In this document: in pieces, positions 1-10,040 of the stretch
Layout of the letters: each line of letters starts with the position of its first letter
How positions within the stretch are numbered: the stretch's first letter is position 1
Sequence record: OQ417966.1
Strand: one strand, 5' to 3'
Length of the DNA stretch: 64,000 nt
From: Mycobacterium phage prophiT36-1
Notes under the pieces: model-generated
Told to the model about the DNA's origin: nothing
Database searches by the model: none
The model's input: the letters and a program-made list of their open reading frames with translations, nothing else
Translations under genes and position numbers: made by a program

Positions 1-1437
1 ATGGCCTACCGCGGATACTTCGCCCTCAACGGCGTGGAGATCGCCAACAGCTCCCGGGTGATCGCGCACCTGGGCCAGGATGTGCCAACCAGCGACATCG
101 GTGTCTTTGGCGACGATCCGAGCACCGACTGCGCGCTCATCGAATCCACCGAATTTCCGGGGTTCTACGAAATCCCCGACAGCTCCACCGAAGTGAGCCC
201 CGGCCTGCTCACGCCGCCCAACGGTGCCCGCCGGCTGGGGCCCGGCCTGTTTGAGATCAACGGCACGTGCTGGGGTCCGATCGCGTTCTGCGGCTCGTGC
301 TCCACAATCGTCACCTACGATGATTCGTGGCCAGGTCTTCGGGAATTCCTGGGCGACAACATCTATCGACCCGAGCTGGCACCGTGGTACAGCACCGAAC
401 TGCCCGAATCCACAGAGTTCGGTGGCGTATGGGTGATGAAAATCGACGGCCTGGGAGCAACACCGGTAGAACGGCCCATCACCCAGATGACCGGATCAGG
501 GGCCGCGGCCGGCCCGCATAGAGACCTGTCACGCACCCTCACGTTCGAGGCGCTGATGATCGCCTGCACTCACGCTGGCGTCGAGTTTGGCATGGACTGG
601 TTGTCCTGCATCCTGCGGGACACCATCGACGACAACACCAGCGTTCTGCGTTATCTTGCTGCCAGCCCAGCGCATTCGGGCGTCGATCCGGCATCGTTGG
701 TGCGTGAGGTGCATGGCGTTGTCTTGACCAAAGAGCCGCGGATCATCTCGGAATACAACACCCAGGCCGGCCAGCATCACCAAGCCAACCTGTATCGCAT
801 CAGCTGGGAAATGACGGTGCTCTCGCCCTATGCCTACCTGCCGCAGGTAAGGGTGCCGGTCGACTGGGACGAGATCACCAGGCAGCCGGTCAACTGGGTT
901 CACGCTGCCGACTGCGAAAAGCCCTCCACCTGTTCGGACATGCCGGTGCTGTTCTCCGCTGACTGCGTGCCCGAGGAGATCGCGATCCTGGACACTCCGC
1001 CGCCGGTGTGCGGCGGGTGCCTGCCGGTCGGCGAGATCGACAAGTACAGCTTCCGTATCCCCACCATGGATTACGCGTTCCGTTGCCGGGACACCGCGGT
1101 CAGTATCGCGATCCGTAACCTCGGCGGGACGCCGTTGACACTGCAAGCGTTTCTGCGGGTGTGCGGCACCGATGTGCGCTGCGAAGACAACCGATTCCCG
1201 CTGCAGGTATCGGGTCTGCCACCACTGACAGAGCTGGTCCTCGACGGCATCTCGGGGCGCTACTGGGCCATCTATGACGACCGCAAGCACCGCGCCGTCG
1301 GGATCGTCGGCACCCCCAACGGCGCGCCCTGGCGACCACCACGTATCGACCGCGAAACATGCTGGGATTTCATCGTTCAAACAGCTAGCACCTCGCAATT
1401 CGAGGTCACCATGACACTCACCGATCGGGAGCCGTGA
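1..1437 (+). CDS. phage minor tail protein (may be 5'-partial at window edge)
   Basis: Long plus-strand ORF (478 aa) at the head of a co-directional, tightly packed gene block. The next gene starts 4 nt after its stop. Position upstream of a Gly-rich tail protein and the lysis cassette is typical of mycobacteriophage minor tail genes. Confidence 0.55.
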   Translation: MAYRGYFALNGVEIANSSRVIAHLGQDVPTSDIGVFGDDPSTDCALIESTEFPGFYEIPDSSTEVSPGLLTPPNGARRLGPGLFEINGTCWGPIAFCGSCSTIVTYDDSWPGLREFLGDNIYRPELAPWYSTELPESTEFGGVWVMKIDGLGATPVERPITQMTGSGAAAGPHRDLSRTLTFEALMIACTHAGVEFGMDWLSCILRDTIDDNTSVLRYLAASPAHSGVDPASLVREVHGVVLTKEPRIISEYNTQAGQHHQANLYRISWEMTVLSPYAYLPQVRVPVDWDEITRQPVNWVHAADCEKPSTCSDMPVLFSADCVPEEIAILDTPPPVCGGCLPVGEIDKYSFRIPTMDYAFRCRDTAVSIAIRNLGGTPLTLQAFLRVCGTDVRCEDNRFPLQVSGLPPLTELVLDGISGRYWAIYDDRKHRAVGIVGTPNGAPWRPPRIDRETCWDFIVQTASTSQFEVTMTLTDREP

Positions 1438-1440
1438 GCC

Positions 1441-2478
1441 GTGCCGGTCATCAGCACTGAACAGATCGTGTCGCTGCGCACCGCCAGCGGCAAGCAACTC
1501 GACCAATTCCTGGCCACGCATCAGGAGTCGTTGAAATGGACCCGCGAGCAGCGGCAAGTATCGGTGCTGGAAATGACCGTGCCGAGCGTGATCGACGCCG
1601 GCCGCATGGACATCACACCGTGGCTGCATTGGATCGACGTGTTCGATGATCAGGGCCGCGAGCTGTACTGGTCAGGACCGATCCAGCGGGTCTCAGCTAG
1701 CCGCTCACGAACCTCCATTTCCGCGCGGGATATGTCGGCGTTGATGACCCGCACCCGCTGCCCGTTGACGAAAAACTGGGATGCAGCCGACCCCTCGAAG
1801 ATCGCGGGCGAGCTGTGGGCCGCGATGATCGCCCACCACGGACTGAACACTCGAGCCATCGAACGCGTGGACCCGCGCGGCGACCACTTCGATTTCGAGG
1901 CTATCGCCGACGAGCAGATGATGAGTGCGACGTTCGATCGGCTCGTCGGGCTGGGGCTGCACTGGACAGTCGTGGGCGGTGTGCCCATCCTGGGCCCGGC
2001 CCAGCTCAAATCGATTGTGGCGCTCGGCGAAGACGACTTCACGGGCGGGGAGTTCTCGATCGTGCGTGATGGCAGCCAGACCTACAACGATGTCCTACTG
2101 CGCGGCGGCGACAACCTGGCTCGCGCCAGCGTGCCGATGGGCGGTCTGCGGTTGCAGACGATCAACAACATCGACGACATGTTCGGTGTTTCCAACGTCG
2201 ACCGCGCAGCCAAGCAATACGTGCGCTACACCGGGGCCATCAAAGACACCTTGGTGCTCTCTGACGGTGCCGTGCTGCATCCTGATGCTCCGCTAGACAT
2301 TTCGCAGCTGATCCCGTCAGTACGGTTCAACGTCGAAGCACTGGGGGTGCTGCAACTGATGGAACTGCAGAACGTCACAGTCACCGGTGACGGAGCCGTG
2401 GCGCTCACGCTGGCTTCGGTCAACGACGACCTACCGGAACTGGTGGAGATCGCCCAGAAAGGGGCGGTGACACAGTGA
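1441..2478 (+). CDS. phage minor tail protein
   Basis: 345-aa ORF with a GTG start immediately after the upstream stop. Its end overlaps the next gene by 4 nt, indicating translational coupling in the tail block. Confidence 0.55.
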   Translation: MPVISTEQIVSLRTASGKQLDQFLATHQESLKWTREQRQVSVLEMTVPSVIDAGRMDITPWLHWIDVFDDQGRELYWSGPIQRVSASRSRTSISARDMSALMTRTRCPLTKNWDAADPSKIAGELWAAMIAHHGLNTRAIERVDPRGDHFDFEAIADEQMMSATFDRLVGLGLHWTVVGGVPILGPAQLKSIVALGEDDFTGGEFSIVRDGSQTYNDVLLRGGDNLARASVPMGGLRLQTINNIDDMFGVSNVDRAAKQYVRYTGAIKDTLVLSDGAVLHPDAPLDISQLIPSVRFNVEALGVLQLMELQNVTVTGDGAVALTLASVNDDLPELVEIAQKGAVTQ

Positions 2479-4841
2479 GCCGAGTTCCAGGCCAGGCGCC
2501 GCGCACCGACCAGGAGTGGACACGCGAGGTGGCGCAGCGGCTCTCAGCACTCGAAAATCCGCGAACAATCCGGGTGGGGAAGTGGGTTCTGTCCGCGGTC
2601 GCCGGCCGACTCATGGCGACCAGCCCAGGTGAAGTGCTTGAAGTCGGGCAGGAACCGACGCCCGTTGCGGTTGATTTGAGCCAGCGCGGCAGCCAGGTTT
2701 CTGAGCAGGAGATCGCCGAGGCCGTCACGGGCGGCAACGGTAAGACGTTCACCTCGATCACCGACTGGTTGACGGCGAAGTGGTCGGAGCTCTCGAGTAC
2801 GACGACGAATGCGAATACCGGCCTCGGGAACTGGACGTCATGGCTCACCGGGGGTTCGTGGGCCAACGTCGGTGCCGCGGTGTCCGACTTCCTGAGCACC
2901 AAGAGCACCGCGGCGACTGCCGGAACCAATGCGGCTACGGGGCTGGGCAATTGGACATCGTGGCTCAGTGGTGGATCGTGGGCGAGCATTGCGGCATCTG
3001 TTGCTGATTTCCTGGGGACGAAATCAACTGCGAACACCGCGGGCACGAATGCCGCAACCGCGATGGCCGACGCGAGCGCCGCGTCGTCGGCGGCCAGTGC
3101 CGCGCAGACCAGCGTTCAGAGCACGATCGATGCCGGTATTAACGCGATCCGCAACACCCCTGGTGTGGCCGGTCAGGCGGTCGAAGGATTGGCCGAGGCG
3201 CTGGCGTCGATCCCGACCCAGCTGTTCAATCAGTTCGGCGGCAACAATGTGCCCCGGGCATCCCAGGAGCAGGCTAACGCGGCGATGGCTTCGCTGGTCA
3301 ACACGGTCAATTCCCAAGGCGCGGCGATCAATGCGCTGCAAAACATCCTCTCCGATGTCGGCGGATTCAGTGCCTCGATCACGTTCCGCCCGGCGGAAAC
3401 CACCGTATTCACCGGTCCGGGCACTGCGCCGTGGACACCTCCGGCATGGGCGGCAGGTGGGTACGGCGAGTATGTGATCGCGCCGGCCGCCGGTGGTGGC
3501 GGTGCCGGTGAAGGCGGCTCGGGAGCATTCGGTGTCGGCGGCTATCCCGGAGCGTGGGCCACCGGCACCTTCCCCATCGAGGCTGGGGCGTATTCGATCT
3601 TCGCCGGCGGCGGCGGTCTGGGCGGGCAAGACGAGGGTTTGGGCTTCGGCGATAACGGCAGCGCTGGTGATACCTCGACGATCACCAGCCCCACCGGCAC
3701 ACCGGTGGCCACCGTGGCGGGCGGCGCAGGCGGTGAGGGGGCGCGGCGCGGCGGCAGCGGGCAGAACGGGAAAACCATCAGCCCCCAAACCTTGTCGGCG
3801 TTCGGGGAGGCCTTCACCGCCGGATCCGGGGGTACCGGCAACGCGGGCACCGGTGGCGTGGCCGGTGGCGGTGCGGGCGGTAACGGTGGCCTGTTCGGCA
3901 ACTACACCAAGGGTGGCACCGGCGGCCCGGCCAAGATCTGGATGCGCGCCCGCGCACCAATCCCGCCGCAGTTCACCGCCATGGGCACCCTGATCTTGCC
4001 CACACTCAAACTCAACACCGGGGTCGCCCAAACCGATTCGATGACCGCGGCCGGGCAGTGGCGCACCATCGCGCCCGGCGGGGCGGCCGGCGGCTACATG
4101 CTGATCATCCGCGCCAATTCGGGGTTTACCGATTACGTCTATCTGTGGATCTGGGATGTCTCTGGTGTCACGCACTACGAGCTGGGCCGGGTGGCTTCCG
4201 GGGTCAAGTCCGCGTGGAAGACCGGCACGGTCGGGGCGGCGATCCCGTTCAACGCTTTCACCCTGACCTCCGATGCCGCCCGCACCTTCACCGTCGGGGT
4301 CAACGGGACCGCGTTCGACTCCTACAACGACTCCGGTGCCACTTCCCTGATGGGCGCGGCCTACCGCTCCGGCGGCTGGGCATCCTCGGACCCGGCGCTG
4401 CCCGGCTCGATGTCACAGTTCGCGTTCCTGGACACCGGCACCCCCGCCCGCATCGTTTCAGGCACCATCGCGACCGCCCAAGGCACCAACAGCACCGCCG
4501 CCTACGTGGACCTGACCACTCCCGGGCCTTCGGTCACTCTGAACGTGCCCGCCAGCGGTGAGGTCACTATCGATGTGTCGGCCGCGTACTCCTCCGGCGG
4601 GGCTGCCGCGCAAACCGGATACATGGGCTGTGCGCTCTCGGGCGCCAACACCCGCGCCGCAACCGATGCCACTGCCGCCTACGGGCGCACCGTCACCGCC
4701 GGACTGTTCGGCACCCTGGCGCGCCGCATCCACCTGACCGGCCTGACCCCGGGCACCACCACGTTCAAAGCCGTCTACAAAACCAGCACCAGCACCGCGA
4801 CCTTCTCCGACCGCCACATCATCGTCGAACCCAAACCCTAA
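2475..4841 (+). CDS. glycine-rich (collagen-like) minor tail protein
   Basis: 788-aa ORF with long GGxGG/Gly-Ala-Thr-rich tracts (GGGGAGEGGSGAFGVGGYPG..., GTGGVAGGGAGGNGG). Contains a 40-aa internal tandem repeat. This is the hallmark composition of mycobacteriophage minor tail proteins. Confidence 0.7.
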   Translation: MSRVPGQAPRTDQEWTREVAQRLSALENPRTIRVGKWVLSAVAGRLMATSPGEVLEVGQEPTPVAVDLSQRGSQVSEQEIAEAVTGGNGKTFTSITDWLTAKWSELSSTTTNANTGLGNWTSWLTGGSWANVGAAVSDFLSTKSTAATAGTNAATGLGNWTSWLSGGSWASIAASVADFLGTKSTANTAGTNAATAMADASAASSAASAAQTSVQSTIDAGINAIRNTPGVAGQAVEGLAEALASIPTQLFNQFGGNNVPRASQEQANAAMASLVNTVNSQGAAINALQNILSDVGGFSASITFRPAETTVFTGPGTAPWTPPAWAAGGYGEYVIAPAAGGGGAGEGGSGAFGVGGYPGAWATGTFPIEAGAYSIFAGGGGLGGQDEGLGFGDNGSAGDTSTITSPTGTPVATVAGGAGGEGARRGGSGQNGKTISPQTLSAFGEAFTAGSGGTGNAGTGGVAGGGAGGNGGLFGNYTKGGTGGPAKIWMRARAPIPPQFTAMGTLILPTLKLNTGVAQTDSMTAAGQWRTIAPGGAAGGYMLIIRANSGFTDYVYLWIWDVSGVTHYELGRVASGVKSAWKTGTVGAAIPFNAFTLTSDAARTFTVGVNGTAFDSYNDSGATSLMGAAYRSGGWASSDPALPGSMSQFAFLDTGTPARIVSGTIATAQGTNSTAAYVDLTTPGPSVTLNVPASGEVTIDVSAAYSSGGAAAQTGYMGCALSGANTRAATDATAAYGRTVTAGLFGTLARRIHLTGLTPGTTTFKAVYKTSTSTATFSDRHIIVEPKP
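2808..3047 (+). repeat. 2 x 120-bp diverged in-frame tandem repeat inside the Gly-rich tail gene
   Basis: Protein repeat NA(N/A)TGLGNWTSWL(T/S)GGSWA..DFL.TKSTA.TAGT occurs twice back-to-back. The nucleotide copies are roughly 75% identical. Confidence 0.6.
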
Positions 4842-4870
4842 GACCGCACCGCGAAAGGCATAGAGAAATC

Positions 4871-5182
4871 ATGGGATTCACCAACGCGACACCGCTGAAA
4901 CAGACCACCTACCAGGCCATGTACTTCGACGGCACACCGCAGAGCGCCGCGCAGACCTTGATGATGATCGACTCGCTGCTGACCGCCCGCAAGCTGCACT
5001 ACGGCATCATCCACGGTTCCCAAGAAGTAGAAAACCCCACCGCCTGGCGTATCCAACTCGCGCGCCGCGACGGCTCAGCCGAACTCATCGCCCTCGCCGA
5101 CCGCTGGATCGTCGTTTCCTCGACCGGCCAAATCCGCGTACTCACGCCCGCCGACTACCGCGCCGAATTCGCCGTTGAGTGA
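4871..5182 (+). CDS. hypothetical phage protein (tail region)
   Basis: 103-aa ORF with an ATG start, co-directional with the tail block. The next gene overlaps its stop (GTGA). Confidence 0.5.
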   Translation: MGFTNATPLKQTTYQAMYFDGTPQSAAQTLMMIDSLLTARKLHYGIIHGSQEVENPTAWRIQLARRDGSAELIALADRWIVVSSTGQIRVLTPADYRAEFAVE

Positions 5183-5442
5183 CCGGCGCCGGCACCGCTG
5201 CTCGCTACCCTGCCGCCATGGACGGATACCTGCGCGGTTCGGTGAAGACCCACCCGGACTATCCCGAGAACCCGACCATCGCGCTGCGCAGCGTGTTTGA
5301 CGACGACGACGCCACCGGCTGCAACTCGTGGCTGGTCGTCTCGGCGAGTTCTGGGGCGCTCTATCGCACGGAGTCGTTCGTCGCCGACTGGCCCGACGCA
5401 GACGGGCTGACGTTGACGACCACGCTCACCCCGGCTCCGTAA
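5179..5442 (+). CDS. hypothetical phage protein
   Basis: 87-aa ORF with a GTG start overlapping the upstream stop. An alternative ATG lies at 5218. Confidence 0.4.
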   Translation: MTGAGTAARYPAAMDGYLRGSVKTHPDYPENPTIALRSVFDDDDATGCNSWLVVSASSGALYRTESFVADWPDADGLTLTTTLTPAP

Positions 5443-5452
5443 CCTCACGGTC

Positions 5453-6094
5453 GTGGCGATCACGGAGTACACCGAGCCGAACGTCTGCATCGGGGAGAAC
5501 CTCACCACCGATGCGGCCGGTCAGCTGCGGCTCCAACCGTGGGCGCTGGTACGCCCTGTGGTCGATATCCGGGCACTCTCGGGCGGTGACGGTTCGATCA
5601 TCGCGCCGCTGATCGCGCTGCCCGGCAAGCTGCTGATCGACCAGAAAGCGTCCTGGCGCAACGATTCCCCGCTGCCGCAGATGGTGCTGATCCGCGTTAC
5701 GCGCGGGCCGCGGTCATGGCTCACCTCGAACCCGAACGCTATCCAATTCCGCGACCGGTGGACTACTGCGATCGACACGGATGCCGCGATGCCGGTGACC
5801 ACCGGCATCTACAACTCCCAGTGCGGATCGGCCTGGGACTTGGGAACGAACAGCGTCGCGGAGCCCAACCCTGGACGACAGTGGCGATGGGCCGACGCCA
5901 ACAGCATGGACGAATGGGTGGGCCCGATCGATCCAGGAGCCACGCTCAACCTCTGGTACCGCTGCTATGTGTGGACCCCGCCGCCGTGGTCGAACAACGC
6001 GAACAAGAATCAGCCGCAGCACGAGGCCCGCGCGAACTGGACGCGCATTGAAATGCGGGCCTTCCCGCAGCAGGGAAATGTGGTGACCGGATGA
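5453..6094 (+). CDS. hypothetical tail-associated protein
   Basis: 213-aa ORF with a GTG start. Its stop overlaps the next start (ATGA at 6091). Confidence 0.55.
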   Translation: MAITEYTEPNVCIGENLTTDAAGQLRLQPWALVRPVVDIRALSGGDGSIIAPLIALPGKLLIDQKASWRNDSPLPQMVLIRVTRGPRSWLTSNPNAIQFRDRWTTAIDTDAAMPVTTGIYNSQCGSAWDLGTNSVAEPNPGRQWRWADANSMDEWVGPIDPGATLNLWYRCYVWTPPPWSNNANKNQPQHEARANWTRIEMRAFPQQGNVVTG

Positions 6095-6690
6095 GCATCA
6101 AGGTGTGCACCTCGGAGTACATGCTCTCCACCGTCAACGGGCTCGACATGAGGCGAAACTGGTTCCCCAGCATCGTCGCTGAGCGATTCCTGCAGTCCAA
6201 GAAGGACGGGCAGATCAGCCGATCACCCGACCCGGTGACGATGATCGACGGTGATCTCACCTACTTCAACAACACCCCAGACCCGGTGTACATCACCGTG
6301 CAAGTCATCCGGGCTCCCCGCAGCATCGTTGCCCAAAACCCGGGCACCGTAGTGATTCACGACGCCTGGTCCTGGGCTGTCGGCAAGTCGCCCACAGCTG
6401 ACTTTCCCTCGGTAATCCAGGACTCATTCGGCGGCAGGGGACAGGTGGACCGACCCGAAAACGCCGCGGACAAGCTGCTGTTCGGACGGTTCTTCGCTGA
6501 CGGAGACAGCTCCCAAGCCTGGGTCAACGTCGGCCAACTCGACGCGCAGGATTCCCTGCACTTCCGATACCTGGCCGCTGTCCAAACCCCAGGCGTATGG
6601 ACCACCCCTTCAGAGTTCGAGCCGCGCTGGGAAGCACAAGCCCGCTGGACTCGACTGCTGGCGTTCGCGATGCCGATTGGTTCGGCATGA
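6091..6690 (+). CDS. hypothetical tail-associated protein
   Basis: 199-aa ORF. Coupled ATGA overlaps with neighbours on both sides. Confidence 0.55.
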   Translation: MSIKVCTSEYMLSTVNGLDMRRNWFPSIVAERFLQSKKDGQISRSPDPVTMIDGDLTYFNNTPDPVYITVQVIRAPRSIVAQNPGTVVIHDAWSWAVGKSPTADFPSVIQDSFGGRGQVDRPENAADKLLFGRFFADGDSSQAWVNVGQLDAQDSLHFRYLAAVQTPGVWTTPSEFEPRWEAQARWTRLLAFAMPIGSA

Positions 6691-7967
6691 GCGAGCACTT
6701 CGGGATCGTCGGCGACGCCATAGCTCCGCTGCCCTGGATGCAGATGCGCCACCTCAAAGGCGCCGAAGTGCCTTCGGTGTCAAAGTCTTACGACACATCA
6801 GGTGGCGGCAACAAGAACGACGCAGTCCACGCTGTCGTGGTGTCCTGGACGAACAACACACCGATTCCGCAATCGGTCTACGGCATGGTGACCCGGGAGG
6901 GCGCCCAGGTGACGCTGCAGGCACGGTCCCGCGGCTACCTGCTCACCCTCCACGGCCGCGATATCACCGCAACCGCGGCGGTGCCGACATCGTGGGACAT
7001 GGCCGAGGTCAGCAAGTTCGGTATCGGCGGCGACATCGGTAAGGGCGGAATCCTGGCTCTCGGCACCGGATTCGGGGTCAGCGAGATCCGGCAGAACTCC
7101 GCCAGCATCCCGTTGATGCCGCACTGGACCGGCTGGAGCATCGTGGCACCCGGGCAGACGTTCCACGGCCGGGTGGAGGTGCGGTTCCGGACGGACTTCT
7201 GGGAGAACACCTCGATCGATGGCGGTGACCAAAACACCGAGTCGGGCTTCATCTCCGGCGGCACCCGACTGGATCTCTACGCCACCCCGGTCATCGGTGA
7301 GCCACCTGTCTTGTCGACCCCCACGGTTGTCGGGATAGAGCACTCGGTGAACAACACCTTCCACACCGACGTCGATGTGCCCGCGGGCACTGCCTTAGGC
7401 GACATGCTTATTGCGGTGGTATCCAACCAGTTCGGGCTCATCAGCGACATCAAGCCCGAGCAGACCGGCTGGACACAGGTCCACGCCCGCGACGGCGGCT
7501 GGGAAGACGCCCACATGAAGGTGTACGTACGGGCCGCCAAAGCCACCGAACCGGCCTCCTACACGTTCGGCAACGGCCTACTGGCTGAGTCCATCGCACA
7601 CCTGATCACCGTGCGCGGCGCCAACCAGCTGCTCGATGAGGGCTGGCAGTTCGCATCATCGCTACGCAAGAGATGGTGGGAACGCTACGACGGCCATATC
7701 TGCCCATCGATCGACCGCGCCGGACAACTGCTGCTGTTGGTGTCCTACATTCCGCACAACGCGCTCCAAACCACATTCACGCAGACCGTGCCGGCCGGGA
7801 CGACGGAACTGGAGAATGTGGACGGGAACCTGGCATGCAGCGCCGTGGCCGCGCTGCCGAACCCGCCGCGGCCGACAGGGGAGCGCACGTTCGTCGCATC
7901 AGAGGAACCGTCCTGGGCCGGCCGCTCCATCACGGCATCGATCCTGGTGCCCGGCAAGTTCCAGTAG
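6687..7967 (+). CDS. hypothetical minor tail protein
   Basis: Roughly 426-aa ORF. The ATG at 6687 overlaps the upstream TGA. The track ORF 6597-7967 is in the same frame with an upstream extension that is probably not used. Confidence 0.6.
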   Translation: MSEHFGIVGDAIAPLPWMQMRHLKGAEVPSVSKSYDTSGGGNKNDAVHAVVVSWTNNTPIPQSVYGMVTREGAQVTLQARSRGYLLTLHGRDITATAAVPTSWDMAEVSKFGIGGDIGKGGILALGTGFGVSEIRQNSASIPLMPHWTGWSIVAPGQTFHGRVEVRFRTDFWENTSIDGGDQNTESGFISGGTRLDLYATPVIGEPPVLSTPTVVGIEHSVNNTFHTDVDVPAGTALGDMLIAVVSNQFGLISDIKPEQTGWTQVHARDGGWEDAHMKVYVRAAKATEPASYTFGNGLLAESIAHLITVRGANQLLDEGWQFASSLRKRWWERYDGHICPSIDRAGQLLLLVSYIPHNALQTTFTQTVPAGTTELENVDGNLACSAVAALPNPPRPTGERTFVASEEPSWAGRSITASILVPGKFQ

Positions 7968-7986
7968 TTGCGCCTCGGAGGTTCAC

Positions 7987-8337
7987 ATGTACGACCCGCC
8001 AGACAGTTTCGACGACATGCTCGGTGACGCGGACCTCGTCCCGCAGACGGGCCCGTTCGTCCCGCTCGAAGTCCCCGGTGTCGGGGTCGTCAGGGCGCGC
8101 CGGCCGATGCCCAACGCCGTGCCGGTGCTGGCCATGTCGGTGAACGCCAAGATCGATGTTGTCGACAAGCAGGGCTACCTGACCTTGTTCCTGCAGAATC
8201 ACCTGGAATCCGGTGAGCACGAACGCATCTTGGTCACCATGATGGGCGGCGAACTGCCGGCCGACAGCATGGGCAGGGTTGCCCGCGCGATAGCGACATG
8301 GGGCACGGCCCGCCCTACCTTGCCGTCATCACGCTAA
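7987..8337 (+). CDS. hypothetical phage protein
   Basis: ATG at 7987 (MYDPPDSF...) lies 20 nt after the upstream stop. Same frame as the longer track ORF 7636-8337. Confidence 0.5.
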   Translation: MYDPPDSFDDMLGDADLVPQTGPFVPLEVPGVGVVRARRPMPNAVPVLAMSVNAKIDVVDKQGYLTLFLQNHLESGEHERILVTMMGGELPADSMGRVARAIATWGTARPTLPSSR

Positions 8338-8342
8338 GTGTG

Positions 8343-8669
8343 ATGGCGGCTACTCACTGGCGGGCGATTCGGACCCGGATGCGGGGCGACGGTATCGCTG
8401 ATCCGATGCGGCAGTTGCCGCACATGCACGCACTGATCGACGAAGCCGAGAAGGTGTGGCTGGAGGCCCTGCACACCGGCAACGAGGAAAAGGACAAGCA
8501 AGAGCGCGAGCAGCTGTTGGACCGGCTGTATGCGCCGACCACAGACGACGCCGAGACGCTGAACGGCGACGGATACCAAGCCAAACGCACGCCGCCGCCC
8601 GGGTTTGAAGATCCGGCCGAGGTCGAGGCCAACTTCGATGCGGTCGCGCGGGCTTTCGGCGGCCGGTAG
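8343..8669 (+). CDS. hypothetical phage protein
   Basis: ATG at 8343 lies just after the upstream TAA (8335-8337), in frame with track ORF 8298-8669. Confidence 0.45.
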   Translation: MAATHWRAIRTRMRGDGIADPMRQLPHMHALIDEAEKVWLEALHTGNEEKDKQEREQLLDRLYAPTTDDAETLNGDGYQAKRTPPPGFEDPAEVEANFDAVARAFGGR

Positions 8670-8698
8670 TTGCACGCCGCCGCCTTAGCCTGCCCGGC

Positions 8699-9112
8699 AT
8701 GGCGAAGGTGGTCCCGTATCTCGACACGTCGGCCCCGCGCGGCCAGCGCCTCGCACCGGAGATGCGTGAGGAGATAGCCGAAGCCGCGCCGTCGACCCTG
8801 AACGATGGCGCGGTCAAGACAGCGAAGCTGGCCGAAGGAGCAGTCACCGAACTGAAACTGGCTGCCGGAGCGGTTACTTCTCCCAAGATCGCGTCGAAGG
8901 GCGTCAAGGCCGTCAACATCGACGACGCTGCCGTTGGCACACCCCAGCTGGCCGCTGGTGCTGTCACCGCAGCCAAGGCCGGCGTCGGTGTTGTCACCGC
9001 CCACGACAGCGCAGGCAACGCCATCAAGCTCGACGCAGTGCCCATGACCTCGACCGACTACACAGCGCTGACGACCAAAGAACCCAACGTCCTCTACCTG
9101 CTGAGCGACTGA
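8699..9112 (+). CDS. minor tail protein with short GAVT-K repeats
   Basis: 137 aa with repeated (D/E)GAVT..K/AAGAVT motifs, as found in small mycobacteriophage minor tail proteins. Stop overlaps the next ATG (TGATG). Confidence 0.55.
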   Translation: MAKVVPYLDTSAPRGQRLAPEMREEIAEAAPSTLNDGAVKTAKLAEGAVTELKLAAGAVTSPKIASKGVKAVNIDDAAVGTPQLAAGAVTAAKAGVGVVTAHDSAGNAIKLDAVPMTSTDYTALTTKEPNVLYLLSD

Positions 9113-9810
9113 TGCCCGGTATCTACCTCGGCGGCACCGCTATCAAGGCAATGATGCTCGGCGAGAAGGCCATCACCCGGGCGTATCTCGGCGAAACCCT
9201 GGTGTGGTCAGCGAACCGAATCCGCGACGACTTCAACCGCGCTGACGGCGATCTCGGCGTCAACTGGGTGATCAGCCCCAGCATCGACGGCTATAAGCCC
9301 AGTGTGGTCGGCAATGTGTGCCGCCTCGGAGTGCCGGACGGGCTGCTCTCGCTGCAGCTGAACGGCGCTCACGCCCGCTACGTCGCCACGCTGGACCGCG
9401 ACGACGGCTATGTGGAGTTCCGCATCGGCAGCCAGGGTTCAGGGCCGAGCCTAACCGGTGACCTGTGTAGAACCACGATCCTGGGGCGCGGGTCCAACAA
9501 TGCTGTCACCGGTGGCGTTGGGGTGCAAATGGATTCATCGACGCTGCGGATCGTGCGGAGGGCCGGGGTGGACACTGTGGTCAAGACGATCGGCACATTC
9601 GGCGCTGGCGATGTCATCCGGCACAACTTCGTCGGGAACGTGCACACGTTCCGCCGCAACGGCAGCCTGCTCGAAGAGTGGAACGACGAGAACGCCACCG
9701 CCCCCAAGGGAACAGGGAACCGGTCGCTGATCATCTCCGTGCAGGGTTCCAAGGATCTTCTGGGGCCACGCAGGTTTGGCCCCGCGATCGACTACGTGGA
9801 GATGGGCTGA
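9112..9810 (+). CDS. hypothetical minor tail protein
   Basis: 232-aa ORF. ATGA/TGATG coupling on both sides. Confidence 0.55.
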   Translation: MPGIYLGGTAIKAMMLGEKAITRAYLGETLVWSANRIRDDFNRADGDLGVNWVISPSIDGYKPSVVGNVCRLGVPDGLLSLQLNGAHARYVATLDRDDGYVEFRIGSQGSGPSLTGDLCRTTILGRGSNNAVTGGVGVQMDSSTLRIVRRAGVDTVVKTIGTFGAGDVIRHNFVGNVHTFRRNGSLLEEWNDENATAPKGTGNRSLIISVQGSKDLLGPRRFGPAIDYVEMG

Positions 9811-10040
9811 TGTCGGCCAAGTCCTTCGCGCAGCTCGTCAAGTATCCGCTGTTCTACATCGCGCTGGCCGGGGTCTCGTTCCGGATTGGTTGGTGTGCAG
9901 CCCATTACGTCAGTGACCGCATGGACAACTTTGATCCAGATATCGGTAGGGGTTATGTTCTGTTGAGACGTTTGTCTTGGAGGTATGTCGATGAGCGATC
10001 GAGCGTATCGGGTTGTTTACGGAGCTTACGCTGGGCTTGA
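9810..10040 (+). CDS. small membrane protein whose 3' part is altered by the element insertion (junction at 9949)
   Basis: ATG at 9810 overlaps the upstream TGA. One hydrophobic helix (LFYIALAGVSFRIGW). The reading frame runs across the element boundary at 9949 into element sequence. The original continuation would be the unique sequence at 55485 onward. Confidence 0.4.
   Translation: MSAKSFAQLVKYPLFYIALAGVSFRIGWCAAHYVSDRMDNFDPDIGRGYVLLRRLSWRYVDERSSVSGCLRSLRWA
9949..9970. repeat. left-end motif of the element: GGGGTTATGTTCTGTTGAGACG
   Basis: Contains TTATG and TGTTGAGACG. Their reverse complements (CATAA, CGTCTCAACA) occur at the right end (32669-32710). The same holds at 32717-32738 versus 55437-55478 in copy 2. 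Confidence 0.5.

Noticed and set aside
529-1629. Long minus-strand ORFs antisense to the tail, lysis and recombinase genes (e.g. 529-1629, 3024-4175, 55441-56145, 55725-56591, 56945-57664, 61374-62027)
   Set aside because: Typical spurious antisense ORFs of high-GC DNA. They fully overlap better-supported sense genes with coupled starts and stops and recognisable motifs.
7636-7986. 233-aa ORF 7636-8337 and 156-aa ORF 7673-8143 overlapping the end of the 6687-7967 gene
   Set aside because: The upstream part overlaps a well-supported tail gene. Only the portion from the ATG at 7987 is retained.
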